Source of the DNA: an uncultured beta proteobacterium
GTDB taxonomy: Bacteria > Pseudomonadota > Gammaproteobacteria > Burkholderiales > JAEUMW01
Reading direction: 5' to 3'
DNA: 64,000 nt
Assembly (NCBI GenBank): GCA_963719715.1
Contig: CAVRDD010000054.1
Location: forward strand, 7,383-71,382
Shown here: piece after piece, positions 39,250 to 48,534 of the stretch
Position numbering within the stretch: the stretch's first letter is position 1
Layout: every line of letters begins with the position of its first letter
The notes under the pieces: generated by a model
The model's database searches: none
What the model was told of the DNA's origin: nothing
What the model saw: only the letters and a program-made list of their open reading frames with translations
Program-made: the position numbers and the translations under genes

Positions 39250-41697
39250 ATGATCTTGGTGTTCGCGATCGTGCCGAGCGCGTTGGCCGCCGCGGCTGGC
39301 GAACACGTTAGCGAGGCGAACCTTGTACTGCCCGATCTCCGCGACGCGTCCCTGGTGTCGTTTCTTGGTGGAATGTCCGGCTGGTCGCTGCTTTCGTATG
39401 GCTTGTTGGTCTGCATCGGCGGACTGGCCTTCGGCGCGGTCATCTACGGCCAGATCCGTCGCCTGCCGGTGCATCGTGCGATGGCCGAAGTGAGTGAACT
39501 GATCTACGAGACCTGCAAGACCTACATGATCACCCAGGGCAAGTTCCTGCTGATTCTGGAGGTGTTCACCGGCGTCATCATGATCGGCTATTTCTATTTC
39601 ATCCAGCAACTCAGCGTCGGTGAAGTGGCGCTCATTCTTGCCTTCTCGCTGGTCGGTATCGCCGGGTCCTATGTCGTTGCCTGGTTCGGCATCCGGATCA
39701 ACACGCTCGCCAACAGCCGCACTGCGTTCGCGTCGTTGCAGGGCAAGGCGTTCCCGGTTTATGCGATTCCAATCAAGTCGGGCATCTCCATCGGTATGCT
39801 GCTGATCTCGACCGAGCTCGTGATCATGCTGTGCATCTTGCTGTTCGTGCCCCCACACCTTGCCGGCAAGTGTTTCATCGGCTTTGCCATCGGCGAATCG
39901 CTGGGCGCAGCGGCGCTGCGCATCGCCGGCGGTATCTTCACCAAGATCGCAGACATTGGTTCGGATCTGATGAAGATCGAATTCGGCATCCAGGAGGACG
40001 ATGCGCGCAATCCAGGCGTGATTGCCGACTGTGCAGGCGACAACGCGGGCGATTCGGTCGGCCCGACGGCCGACGGGTTCGAAACCTACGGTGTAACTGG
40101 CGTCGCGCTCATTAGCTTCATCATGCTCGCTGTGCCGGACGCGGCCGTTCAAGTGCAACTCTTGGTCTGGCTGTTTGTCATGCGCGTGATGATGATCATC
40201 GCCTCGGGCGTATCGTACCTTGGCAATCAGACGCTCGCGCAGCGACTGTACGCGAACAAGCCGCGCTTTAACTTCGAAGCCCCACTCACCACGCTGGTGT
40301 GGATCACCTCGGCGGTGTCGGTGCTGCTCACGTTCGTCGTTTCCTCCATTCTGATCGGCGAGTTCACGACCGGCGGCCGGCAGTACGGGAATCTCTGGTG
40401 GCAGCTCTCGCTGATCATCACGATGGGCACGTTGTCCGGTGCCATCATTCCGGAACTCGTCAAGGTGTTTACGTCGACCAACTCAAAGCACGTGCGCGAG
40501 GTGGTGGCTGCATCCCAGGAGGGCGGGGCGAGCCTCAACATCCTGTCCGGCATCGTCGCCGGCAACTACTCCGCGTACTGGATCGGTGTCGTCATAGTTG
40601 CGCTGATGGCCGGCGCCTCGATCCTATCGCAGTTCGACCTGACCGCCGTCATCAATCCCGACCATGGCAAGGGCGTGATGATGGCCGCGGTATTCTCCTT
40701 CGGTCTGGTCGCTTTCGGCTTTCTAGGCATGGGGCCGGTGACGATCGCGGTCGACAGTTATGGTCCCGTCACCGACAACGCGCAGTCCGTCTACGAACTG
40801 TCGATGATCGAGCAACTTCCGGCAATCGAGGAAGAGGTCAAGCGGGATTTTGGCTTCGATGTCAACTTCCGCTCCGCAAAGTACCTGCTCGAGGAGAACG
40901 ATGGCTGCGGCAACACCTTCAAGGCCACGGCGAAGCCGGTGCTGATCGGAACGGCGGTCGTGGGCGCCACGACCATGGTGTTCTCGATCGTGATGCTGCT
41001 CACCTCTGGCCTGACCGAGAACTTGGACAAGCTGTCGCTGCTGTATCCGCCGTTCCTGCTTGGCCTGATCTCCGGCGGCGCGACGATCTTCTGGTTCTCT
41101 GGCGCCAGCACGCAGGCGGTGTCAACCGGCGCCTACCGCGCGGTTGAGTTCATCAGCACACACATCCGGCTGGACGAAGTCGTGAAGGCGACGCAGAAGG
41201 ATAGCAAGAAGGTCGTGGAGATCTGCACCATCTACGCGCAGAAAGGGATGTTCAACATCTTCCTCGCAGTTTTCTTCGGCACGCTCGCATGCGCCTTCTT
41301 CGAGCCGTTCTTCTTCATCGGCTACCTGATCTCTCTCGCGATCATCGGGCTGTATCAGGCCGTGTTCATGGCCAACGCCGGCGGGGCATGGGACAATGCA
41401 AAGAAGATTGTCGAGACCGAGATGCGCGCCAAGGGGACCGATCTGCACAACGCGTCGATCGTCGGCGACACGGTCGGCGACCCATTCAAGGATACCGCCT
41501 CGGTCGCCATGAACCCGATCATCAAGTTCACCACGCTGTTCGGTCTGCTGGCGGTGGAAATGGCGGTCGGACTAACCCTGAAGGGGCATGGGCAGCTGGT
41601 GATGGGGCTGGCGGTGGTGTTCCTCGCGGTCAACCTGTTCTTCGTCCACCGCAGCTTCTACGGTATGCGCATTGGGTCAAAGAAGGAACTGGGATAA
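39250..41697 (+). CDS. hppA: membrane-integral H+-translocating pyrophosphatase, divergent, K+-independent type
   Basis: Polytopic. DDARNPGVIADCAGDNAGDSVGPTADGFETY and DTVGDPFKDT motifs. GNTFKATAKP carries Lys at the position that distinguishes K+-independent enzymes. ATG 39250 was chosen within ORF 38839..41697. Confidence 0.88.
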   Translation: MILVFAIVPSALAAAAGEHVSEANLVLPDLRDASLVSFLGGMSGWSLLSYGLLVCIGGLAFGAVIYGQIRRLPVHRAMAEVSELIYETCKTYMITQGKFLLILEVFTGVIMIGYFYFIQQLSVGEVALILAFSLVGIAGSYVVAWFGIRINTLANSRTAFASLQGKAFPVYAIPIKSGISIGMLLISTELVIMLCILLFVPPHLAGKCFIGFAIGESLGAAALRIAGGIFTKIADIGSDLMKIEFGIQEDDARNPGVIADCAGDNAGDSVGPTADGFETYGVTGVALISFIMLAVPDAAVQVQLLVWLFVMRVMMIIASGVSYLGNQTLAQRLYANKPRFNFEAPLTTLVWITSAVSVLLTFVVSSILIGEFTTGGRQYGNLWWQLSLIITMGTLSGAIIPELVKVFTSTNSKHVREVVAASQEGGASLNILSGIVAGNYSAYWIGVVIVALMAGASILSQFDLTAVINPDHGKGVMMAAVFSFGLVAFGFLGMGPVTIAVDSYGPVTDNAQSVYELSMIEQLPAIEEEVKRDFGFDVNFRSAKYLLEENDGCGNTFKATAKPVLIGTAVVGATTMVFSIVMLLTSGLTENLDKLSLLYPPFLLGLISGGATIFWFSGASTQAVSTGAYRAVEFISTHIRLDEVVKATQKDSKKVVEICTIYAQKGMFNIFLAVFFGTLACAFFEPFFFIGYLISLAIIGLYQAVFMANAGGAWDNAKKIVETEMRAKGTDLHNASIVGDTVGDPFKDTASVAMNPIIKFTTLFGLLAVEMAVGLTLKGHGQLVMGLAVVFLAVNLFFVHRSFYGMRIGSKKELG

Positions 41698-41820
41698 CCC
41701 ATGACCACGTTCGCTCGCGCCGCGGATTCAATGGCGAACCCCCCACGCGCTGGGCCTGCCCGGCGCCGGTTGCGATAGCGGATATCAAACGGTGTCGACT
41801 CTTTTGAGGGGCCTTGAAGC

Positions 41821-42585
41821 ATGTCTATCCATCTGTACTACTCGCTGATTCCCGAAGCGCTGATCGCTTCGATGCTGACTCCCGAGCAGTTCGGCCAGTA
41901 CTACGCGACGGGTCACAAGTTCAAGTCGAAGGGGCAGGCGGTCTTCTTCGAAGTGGACCCGGAGTATCGGCATCCGTATTTCGACATCGAAGGGTGCTTT
42001 GCGCGCTGCCGCGCACGGCCAGACGGCGCGCCCAAGAACTCCGTCTACGTCTCCATGTATCGCGTGCTGGAGCACCTGACGTTGGATGCGCTGGGCAAGC
42101 TCTACCTCACAACCGCGATGGGCGCAACGCTGGGAATCGACCGCGGCGACGCAGTGCCGCAGCCGAAGCAGGAACTCCACATGTACCAGGATCTGTCGCC
42201 GATTAACAGCCTGGTCGTGAGCGTGCTCGATCCGGCCGGCTACTATGCCGACGTTACCACCAAGCCGTCGCACTCTTTCCACTTTCCTGGCATGTGCTTC
42301 GTCGAGCTTGATCTGGGACCGTTGGCCATCGACCCGGAGAGCGGCAAGGAGGGCGATCTGCCGTACTCGTTCATGCAGCATCTGCGAGAGGCGCTATTGG
42401 TGCTCGACCCCAAAGACAAGCAGAACAAACTCGTCCATCGCGTGCACTCGCTTGAGTTCCCGTACCGGATGGTGAAGGATGGTTTCTACGTGGGCATTGG
42501 CACCGAACTCGTCTACTACCCGATGTTGGCCCAGTCGACGCTGCGTCGGGATCACATCACCTGGTGGCGCTCGGCGAATATTTGA
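41821..42585 (+). CDS. conserved protein of unknown function (paralog of 44512..45275)
   Basis: 254 aa, MSIHLYYSLIPEALIASMLTPEQFGQYYATGHKFKSKGQAVFFEVDP...HSLEFPYRMVKDGFYVG...WWRSANI. No motif that I recognise. Confidence 0.7.
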   Translation: MSIHLYYSLIPEALIASMLTPEQFGQYYATGHKFKSKGQAVFFEVDPEYRHPYFDIEGCFARCRARPDGAPKNSVYVSMYRVLEHLTLDALGKLYLTTAMGATLGIDRGDAVPQPKQELHMYQDLSPINSLVVSVLDPAGYYADVTTKPSHSFHFPGMCFVELDLGPLAIDPESGKEGDLPYSFMQHLREALLVLDPKDKQNKLVHRVHSLEFPYRMVKDGFYVGIGTELVYYPMLAQSTLRRDHITWWRSANI

Positions 42586-42639
42586 CCGGACGTGGGTCTG
42601 CCGCGCGAAGGTTTGGTGCAATTTGGAACCATGACCGTG

Positions 42640-43060
42640 GTCACGGAACACCAGGAGATCACCGCGCCTCTGCGGCGGAATCTGCTGGCACTCGGGCTCG
42701 ACGCCCACAGCATTGCCACCGCTTTCTGCAGGCACTGAAACCATACGTTGGGTGCGAACTCCAGTCCAAGTACGCGTTCACCTCTATCAAGGCGCTCGCC
42801 ATGTCGCTGCGTGACCGCCTGATGGTCATGTGGAAGAACGCCCTTACTCCTACCGGGAAAGCGACTGTCGGCGCGCCTGTTACACGTCCATGGATCGGAT
42901 CTGGCGGCTGGAGCCGGTGGCGCCGCTGGCTGGCCTCTGCGCGAATTAGGGAAGCAGTTCGAGCTTGCCGGAGTACTCCATAGCGACCGAGACCCCTCCC
43001 TCTGGGCGATGACTTGTCGCTTCAGCCTTGCGCGGTTAGCAATTCGTGGAAATTCACCCC
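42640..43060 (+). pseudogene. possible decayed N-terminal fragment of an alpha-glucan (glycogen) phosphorylase
   Basis: Across shifting frames: SIATAF.RH.KHTLG...SKYAFTSIKALAMSLRDRLMVMWKNALT, then ...LRELGKQFE...DRDPSLG. This resembles the GlgP N-terminal pattern (..HL.YTLG....AT..D.Y.ALA..VRDRL...W..T ... ELG.DLE..E.E.D.GLGNGGLGRLA). It is interrupted by stops and deletions. Confidence 0.3.
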
Positions 43061-43109
43061 GCAAAGGCGCTTCTGGTCTGAAATCTGCCCGCGCGATGGC
43101 CGTAAGTCT

Positions 43110-43131
43110 ATGATATGCATGAGAATATCAT
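43110..43131. promoter_or_regulatory. inverted repeat ATGATAT-N8-ATATCAT in the AT-rich leader upstream of pfk
   Basis: Read directly from the sequence, about 95 nt upstream of the GTG at 43226. Function unproven. Confidence 0.25.
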
Positions 43132-43225
43132 ATGTATCTCATGCGGATGCCAGTCAATTTGGCAGAATTTCAACGAACTGTTAGATTACACTCGATCGCG
43201 ATTCGAATTCGGGCAGGGAGGCCTC

Positions 43226-44326
43226 GTGTCGACAACCACAGCCAAACGCATTGGCATCCTGACTGGCGGCGGTGACTGTCCAGGACTCAACGCTGTGATA
43301 CGTGCTGTCGTGAAGACCGCATGGAACCATTATGGCGCTACCGTGATCGGCATCGAGGATGGTTTCGAAGGCGTGGTCGAAGGACGGATGCACGAGATTC
43401 AGAGAAAGGAGGCTTCAAATATTCTCGGCCTCGGCGGGACGATCCTCGGGTCTTCCAATGTCGGAGATCCTTGGCACTACCCCGTGGAGCAGGCTGACGG
43501 TACGATCGAAATCCAGAACATGTCACATAAGGCGATCCGCAACCTCAAGCGGTGGGCACTGGATGCGCTGATCGCGGTGGGCGGTGACGGAACGATGCAC
43601 ATCTGCAGCAAACTGCAGGACTTGGGCGTCGGCATAGTCGGGGTACCGAAGACCATCGACAACGACCTTGCTTCCACGGACCGGACGTTTGGCTTTGACA
43701 CGGCGATCTCCGTGGTCTGCGAGGCAATCGACAGGCTGCACACCACCGCTTCGTCGCATCATCGGGCGATGGTGATTGAGGTAATGGGCCGTCACGCAGG
43801 CTGGATCGCCCTTGCCGGAGGGGTGGCGGGCGGCGCGGATGTAATCCTACTGCCGGAAATCCCGTTCACCTGGGAGACTGTGTTCAAGGTGGTCAATGAA
43901 CGCAACACGCACGGCAAGCGCTTTTCCATCATCTGCGTCGCCGAGGGAGCGCGGTTGCCAGACGGTGAACAGGTAGTCAAGTCGATGGACGTCAAGCGCA
44001 CCGACGCAAAGCAGCTTGGCGGTATCGGCGACGCCGTAGCACGTGCAATCGAGGAAGGCGCAGGGATCGAAACCCGGGTGACGGTGCTGGGACACCTGCA
44101 GCGCGGTGGGTCGCCCACCGCTTTCGATCGTGTGCTCGCGACGAATTTCGGGACGTCCGCCGCCCGTTGTGCGTGCAACGGGGAGACAGGCGTAATGGTG
44201 GCGCTGCGCAACAATCGCGTTGTGCCGGTACCCATCAAGGACGCCATCGCCAGTTTGCGCACCGTGCCGCATGACGACGAACTCGTGCTCTCCGCGCGCG
44301 CAGTGGGCGTGAGTTTCGGAGATTGA
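43226..44326 (+). CDS. pfk: 6-phosphofructokinase (phosphoryl donor ambiguous: ATP or PPi)
   Basis: RIGILTGGGDCPGLNAV, AVGGDGT, GVPKTIDNDL, MGRHAGW. GTG 43226 is preceded by GGGAGG. Confidence 0.9.
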   Translation: MSTTTAKRIGILTGGGDCPGLNAVIRAVVKTAWNHYGATVIGIEDGFEGVVEGRMHEIQRKEASNILGLGGTILGSSNVGDPWHYPVEQADGTIEIQNMSHKAIRNLKRWALDALIAVGGDGTMHICSKLQDLGVGIVGVPKTIDNDLASTDRTFGFDTAISVVCEAIDRLHTTASSHHRAMVIEVMGRHAGWIALAGGVAGGADVILLPEIPFTWETVFKVVNERNTHGKRFSIICVAEGARLPDGEQVVKSMDVKRTDAKQLGGIGDAVARAIEEGAGIETRVTVLGHLQRGGSPTAFDRVLATNFGTSAARCACNGETGVMVALRNNRVVPVPIKDAIASLRTVPHDDELVLSARAVGVSFGD

Positions 44327-44511
44327 AAGGCACGGCGCACGGTAACACGATCCACGATGACGCAATCTTGCACTAACCTGATGTGCCTCTGGTTCTTCTG
44401 TTCCGGGCATACTGGACACGTGGTACTTCGTCTATTTCCGCACCCATGCAGCGACATGATTTATGTCGCTGCTTCGTAGACGGAATTCAACTCTGGGGAG
44501 GCTTTGAAGTC

Positions 44512-45275
44512 ATGACAGTGCATCTCTATTTCTCGCTCGTACCGGAAGCGCTAATCGCCTCGATGCTTCCGCCGGAAAAATTCGGGCAGTACTACGCGAC
44601 CGGCCACGAATACAAGTCGAAGGGGCAGTCGATCTTTTTCGAGATCGACCCCACGTTCGCCATCCCTATTTCGAGATCGACACGGCGTTCTCCCGCTGTG
44701 TCCCCGCAGCCGATGGTGCGCCCAAGAACTCGGTCTATGTGTCCGTCTACCGTGTCCTGGAGCACCTGCCGATGAGCGCGATTGGTAAGCTTTATGCGGC
44801 GACCGCATATGGCCAGGTGCTCGAACTCACCCGCGGCGCCGAGATGCCGGCACCCGAACGCGGCCTGCACATGTATCAGGACCTTGCACCGGTCAACAGT
44901 CTGGTGGTGAGCACTCTGGATCCCGCTGCTTATTACGAGGTAATTACCAGCAAGCCCTCGAAATTCATCCGTTTTCCTGGCATGTGCTTTGTCGAACTCG
45001 GTCTCGGGGCATTAGCCGATGATCCCATGAACGGCCCGATCGGAGATCTTCCGTACTCGTTCATACACCACCTGCGCGAAGCGCTGCTCACCCTTCAACA
45101 CAAGGTCAAGGAGAGCAAGCTCGTGCACCGTGTGCATTCGCTGGAGTTTCCGTACCGGATGGTCAAGGGCGGGTTCTACATGGGCAACGGCAACGAACTC
45201 GCGTTTTATCCGATGCCTTCCCACTCGGATCTGCGCCGGGATCACCACGGCTGGTGGCGTTCGGCTAATCGCTGA
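44512..45275 (+). pseudogene. paralog of the 41821..42585 unknown protein, one frame disruption
   Basis: MTVHLYFSLVPEALIASMLPPEKFGQYYATGHEYKSKGQSIFFEIDPTF | HPYFEIDTAFSRCVPAADGAPKNSVYVSVYRVLEHL... A 1-nt gap lies near 44657-44662. The two ORF pieces are 44383..44775 and 44739..45275. Confidence 0.65.
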
Positions 45276-45614
45276 TTTTGTCAGTGCGTATCAGGACCAT
45301 GAAATTACGGTTCTCAAGTGGATTCGCGGATGCGGCCGCCCTGGGGGTGTGTGGCGTGGCACACCCTCGATAGATACACGCGCGGGGTAGGAAGCATCGA
45401 CCAGCGCATCGAGCTGCGGATTGGCCACGGTCACGTTGCATAGCGACAGGCGACCGAGAATCTTCAGCCGCGGGCTGCCCGTAATCGACGAGGATCAGAG
45501 CGACGCGATCGTTGCCAGCAAGATTGCTGACGCTCAGCATCGTCACACTTGGCCTTGACGAGGTCGCCAACCCGATCCTGAGCGTCGAGACGCCGATCGC
45601 AAGGACATCGAGCT

Positions 45615-45872
45615 GTGAGCGGCCTCGTCACCCGCAGCATGGTCTTCAGCTCGAACGAGATGGACTCGCATGTTGTCGCCCACACCGGGCGGATCGACCG
45701 CGATGGCGACCACCAGCTCCTTTTCATGGGCACGATCCGGCCCGCCTGCCGCAAGATCGACGTGTCGCGCTCGACCGCCGCCGAGATCGCCATCGATATC
45801 GACACGCCTGAGCCGCTCGCGCGTGGCGTGCCGGTGACGCTCAAATTCAGCCTCACCCCCACACGGTGGTGA
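45615..45872 (+). CDS. hypothetical small protein (strand and frame uncertain)
   Basis: The 85-codon frame has very high third-position GC and a plausible composition (VSGLVTRSMVFSSNEMDSHVVAHTGRIDRDGDHQLLFMGTIRPACRKIDVSRSTAAEIAIDIDTPEPLARGVPVTLKFSL). The antisense ORF 45464..45943 shares the same wobble positions but is Arg/Ser-rich. Confidence 0.35.
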   Translation: MSGLVTRSMVFSSNEMDSHVVAHTGRIDRDGDHQLLFMGTIRPACRKIDVSRSTAAEIAIDIDTPEPLARGVPVTLKFSLTPTRW

Positions 45873-45947
45873 TGAAGGCGAGCGAGCGCCTGCGCTTCGA
45901 CATTTGCCAGCCGCACGGACCTCCCGCGCGGCGCGAAGGCCAAGCCG

Positions 45948-46376
45948 TCAGCGGTTGATGTACTTCCCCAACTGCGTGATGACGAAATCCTGCTCGGAGA
46001 TATGCTCTTTCACCACATCGCCGATGGAGACGATGCCCACGACCTTGCCATCCTCAACCACGGGCAGATGGCGCGTACGGAATTCGGTCATGACCGCCAT
46101 CGCCTGCTCGACGCTCTGAGCGGGGCGCACACACGGGACACGCTCGTGCATCACGTCCCGCACCGGCGTCTCGCGCGAGGCCTTGCCCTGCAGGATCACC
46201 TTGCGTGCGTAGTCACGCTCGCTGAAGAGCCCGACCAAGCGCTCACCGTCCATGACGGGTAGCGCACCGACGTTGGTGGCCGCCATGAGCTTGAGTGCGT
46301 CGAACACGCTCGCCGCGGGTGCGACGGAGAAAACGTCTCGCGGCTTGCGGTCCAGCACCTGCTTTATCGTTGCCAC
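45948..46376 (-). CDS. CBS-pair domain protein
   Basis: ...LKLMAATNVGALPVMDGERLVGLFSERDYARKVILQG...MTEFRTRHLPVVEDGKVVGIVSIGDVVK. GTG 46376 was chosen within ORF 45948..46706. Paralog of 52504..52932. Confidence 0.8.
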   Translation of the reverse strand: MATIKQVLDRKPRDVFSVAPAASVFDALKLMAATNVGALPVMDGERLVGLFSERDYARKVILQGKASRETPVRDVMHERVPCVRPAQSVEQAMAVMTEFRTRHLPVVEDGKVVGIVSIGDVVKEHISEQDFVITQLGKYINR

Positions 46377-46659
46377 TGTGTGCGCCGTGTGCCGGGGTAT
46401 CGTCCCGCTGTGGAACCACTTGGGAACGCGCCGCCCCGTGTGAGTCAGTCGGGTTGGTGAGACACCCAATGTCACCCCGTAGTTCTGCCGCTTGCCATCT
46501 GTTGCAGGGCGCGGGACCGGAAAATTGCAGCGACCTGGGTCGAGTCCTTGCCGCTCTGGCAAGAGTGAAGAGACTCCGGCACACTGGGGAGCGATCGAGG
46601 CGCGCAGTGAACGGCCTCGATCCGTTGCCAAACCCGATTGCGAAGGCTCTGTTAGCGAG

Positions 46660-48111
46660 ATGATGACCGACTGGAACCTGCTCATCGACGAGGCCGACAT
46701 CGCCACCGTGCTGCCGGAGGCGTATGTGCATTACAGCCGGCCGATCAAGCGGGCGCTCACAGTCTTCCTGGAGGGCCTGCCAGACGCGCATCAGGAAGGC
46801 GTGCTGCTCGATCAGGCCACGTTGCCGCCGTCGTCGACGGTCGCCGAGCGACTCGCACGGCTCGCGCGCAGTTGCCCGGCATTGCACAAGCTCGGACAGA
46901 CGCTGGCGCGCGATCGGCGCCTCCTGCTGGAGCTGCGCACGCAACTGCAGCGACTCGAATCGCTGCCGCCCTCGGTTCCGCTGAAGGATTTGCGGCGGAC
47001 CCTGACACGCGAGCTTGGACGCCTCGATCGCCTCGGTGTCGTCCTCGAACCGCCCGCGCTCGCCGAAGCGAGTGTGGCTGTCGTCGTGCCGTTTCGGCAC
47101 GGTGACAGCGAGGGCGTATTCAAGATTCTGAAGCCTGGCATCGAGGAGCGGCTGGAGCAGGAACTCGCGTTGTTCCAGCGGGTGGGCGGCCACCTGGACG
47201 AGGAGTGCGAGGTGCTTGGCATCCCGCGTCTCGACTACCGTGAGGCTTTCGAGGGCCTGTCCGAGCGCTTGCGGCACGAGTTGCGTCTGGATCTGGAGCA
47301 GCGCCATCTCGCGCTGGCACAGGCTACCTACGCGGGCGAGCCGCAGATCCAGATTCCGACACTGTTCGACTTCTGCACGCCGCGCGTGACCGCCATGGAG
47401 CGCGTGCACGGCGAGAAGGTCACCGACCACGACTTCGAGGACGAGGACGATCGGCGCGCGCTGGCGGAACTCGTGATCACCGGACTGCTGGCTCGACCGA
47501 TTCTGTCAGCAGACGATGAAACGCTGTTTCACGGAGATCCGCACGCGGGCAATCTGCTGCTCACGCACGACCGGCGGCTGGCGCTCCTCGACTGGAGTCT
47601 GGCGACGACACTGTCCGAGGCGCGTCGGGTCGCCTTCGTGCAGATCGTGCTCGGCGCGCTCACGCTCGATGCCACACGCATCGTCGCCGCAGTCGCCGTG
47701 CTGTCCGGGCGCACGGATGTCGACACGCAAGCCGTGCTGCCCGTCATCCAGACTTCTCTCGCGCAACTTCAGGCAGGGCGGCTGCCCGGTCTGCTCTGGT
47801 TGACCGATCTGCTCGACAACGCGGTGCAGGTCGGGGTGCGCTTCGACGCCGACATGCTGCTCATGCGCAAGATGCTGCATACGCTGGAAGGTGTGATCGC
47901 CGATATCGGCGCTGACCGCGCCTGCATCGATGCTGTGCTGCTCGGACGGTTTCTCGCACAGATGGCGGGCGAATGGCCTTACCGCTGGCTCACTTGGGGC
48001 GACAGCCGGGCGTTCATCACGCGGCTGTCGAACGCGGACCTGGCAGGCGTTGTGGCGGGCCTGCCGCTCACCGCCACGCGCCTGTGGCTGGACCGCACCC
48101 TGAAGCGCTGA
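46660..48111 (+). CDS. ABC1/UbiB (AarF) atypical kinase family protein
   Basis: FKILKPGIEERLEQEL, MERVHGEKV, HGDPHAGNLLL...LALLDWS. ATG 46660 was chosen within ORF 46492..48111. Confidence 0.8.
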   Translation: MMTDWNLLIDEADIATVLPEAYVHYSRPIKRALTVFLEGLPDAHQEGVLLDQATLPPSSTVAERLARLARSCPALHKLGQTLARDRRLLLELRTQLQRLESLPPSVPLKDLRRTLTRELGRLDRLGVVLEPPALAEASVAVVVPFRHGDSEGVFKILKPGIEERLEQELALFQRVGGHLDEECEVLGIPRLDYREAFEGLSERLRHELRLDLEQRHLALAQATYAGEPQIQIPTLFDFCTPRVTAMERVHGEKVTDHDFEDEDDRRALAELVITGLLARPILSADDETLFHGDPHAGNLLLTHDRRLALLDWSLATTLSEARRVAFVQIVLGALTLDATRIVAAVAVLSGRTDVDTQAVLPVIQTSLAQLQAGRLPGLLWLTDLLDNAVQVGVRFDADMLLMRKMLHTLEGVIADIGADRACIDAVLLGRFLAQMAGEWPYRWLTWGDSRAFITRLSNADLAGVVAGLPLTATRLWLDRTLKR

Positions 48112-48113
48112 TG

Positions 48114-48454
48114 TCAGCCGCTGGCGCCGTCGCGCGCCTTGATCTTTGTCGCGACCACGGTCGCGTGCGGCACGTACAGCAGATCGGCGATCTTGCGCAG
48201 TAGTCGGGCGCCTCCCGCACTTCCGCATCCGCCAGACCGATCAGGGTCGCGGCGTCTTCCGCCGAGAGGCCGAACTTTTCGCGCACTGCGTTCAGCGCCG
48301 CTGCCGTTTCGGCCGCGTCGACCTCACCGTCCATGCGCGCCATCTCGGTCAGCAGCGCGGCGGTAGCGATGCGGATGCGCTGATCTTCGTCTTCCTGCGC
48401 AGCGCCGGTGGTACCGAGGTGTTTGTCGAAGAATTCGCGGATGGCACTCAGCAT
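48114..48454 (-). pseudogene. TerB-family protein with an out-of-frame internal deletion
   Basis: MLSAIREFFDKHL...IRIATAALLTEMARMDGEVDAAE...LIGLADAEVREAPDY then jumps to LRKIADLLYVPHATVVATKIKARDGASG* in another frame. Junction near 48197-48205. About 35 central residues typical of the family appear to be missing. Confidence 0.55.
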
Positions 48455-48534
48455 GGGTGTCGGACTCCTCATGGGACCGCCGCCATTATCCGCATTTGGC
48501 GCGGCCGCGCGCCAGTGGTTGCGCCGGTTCAACC

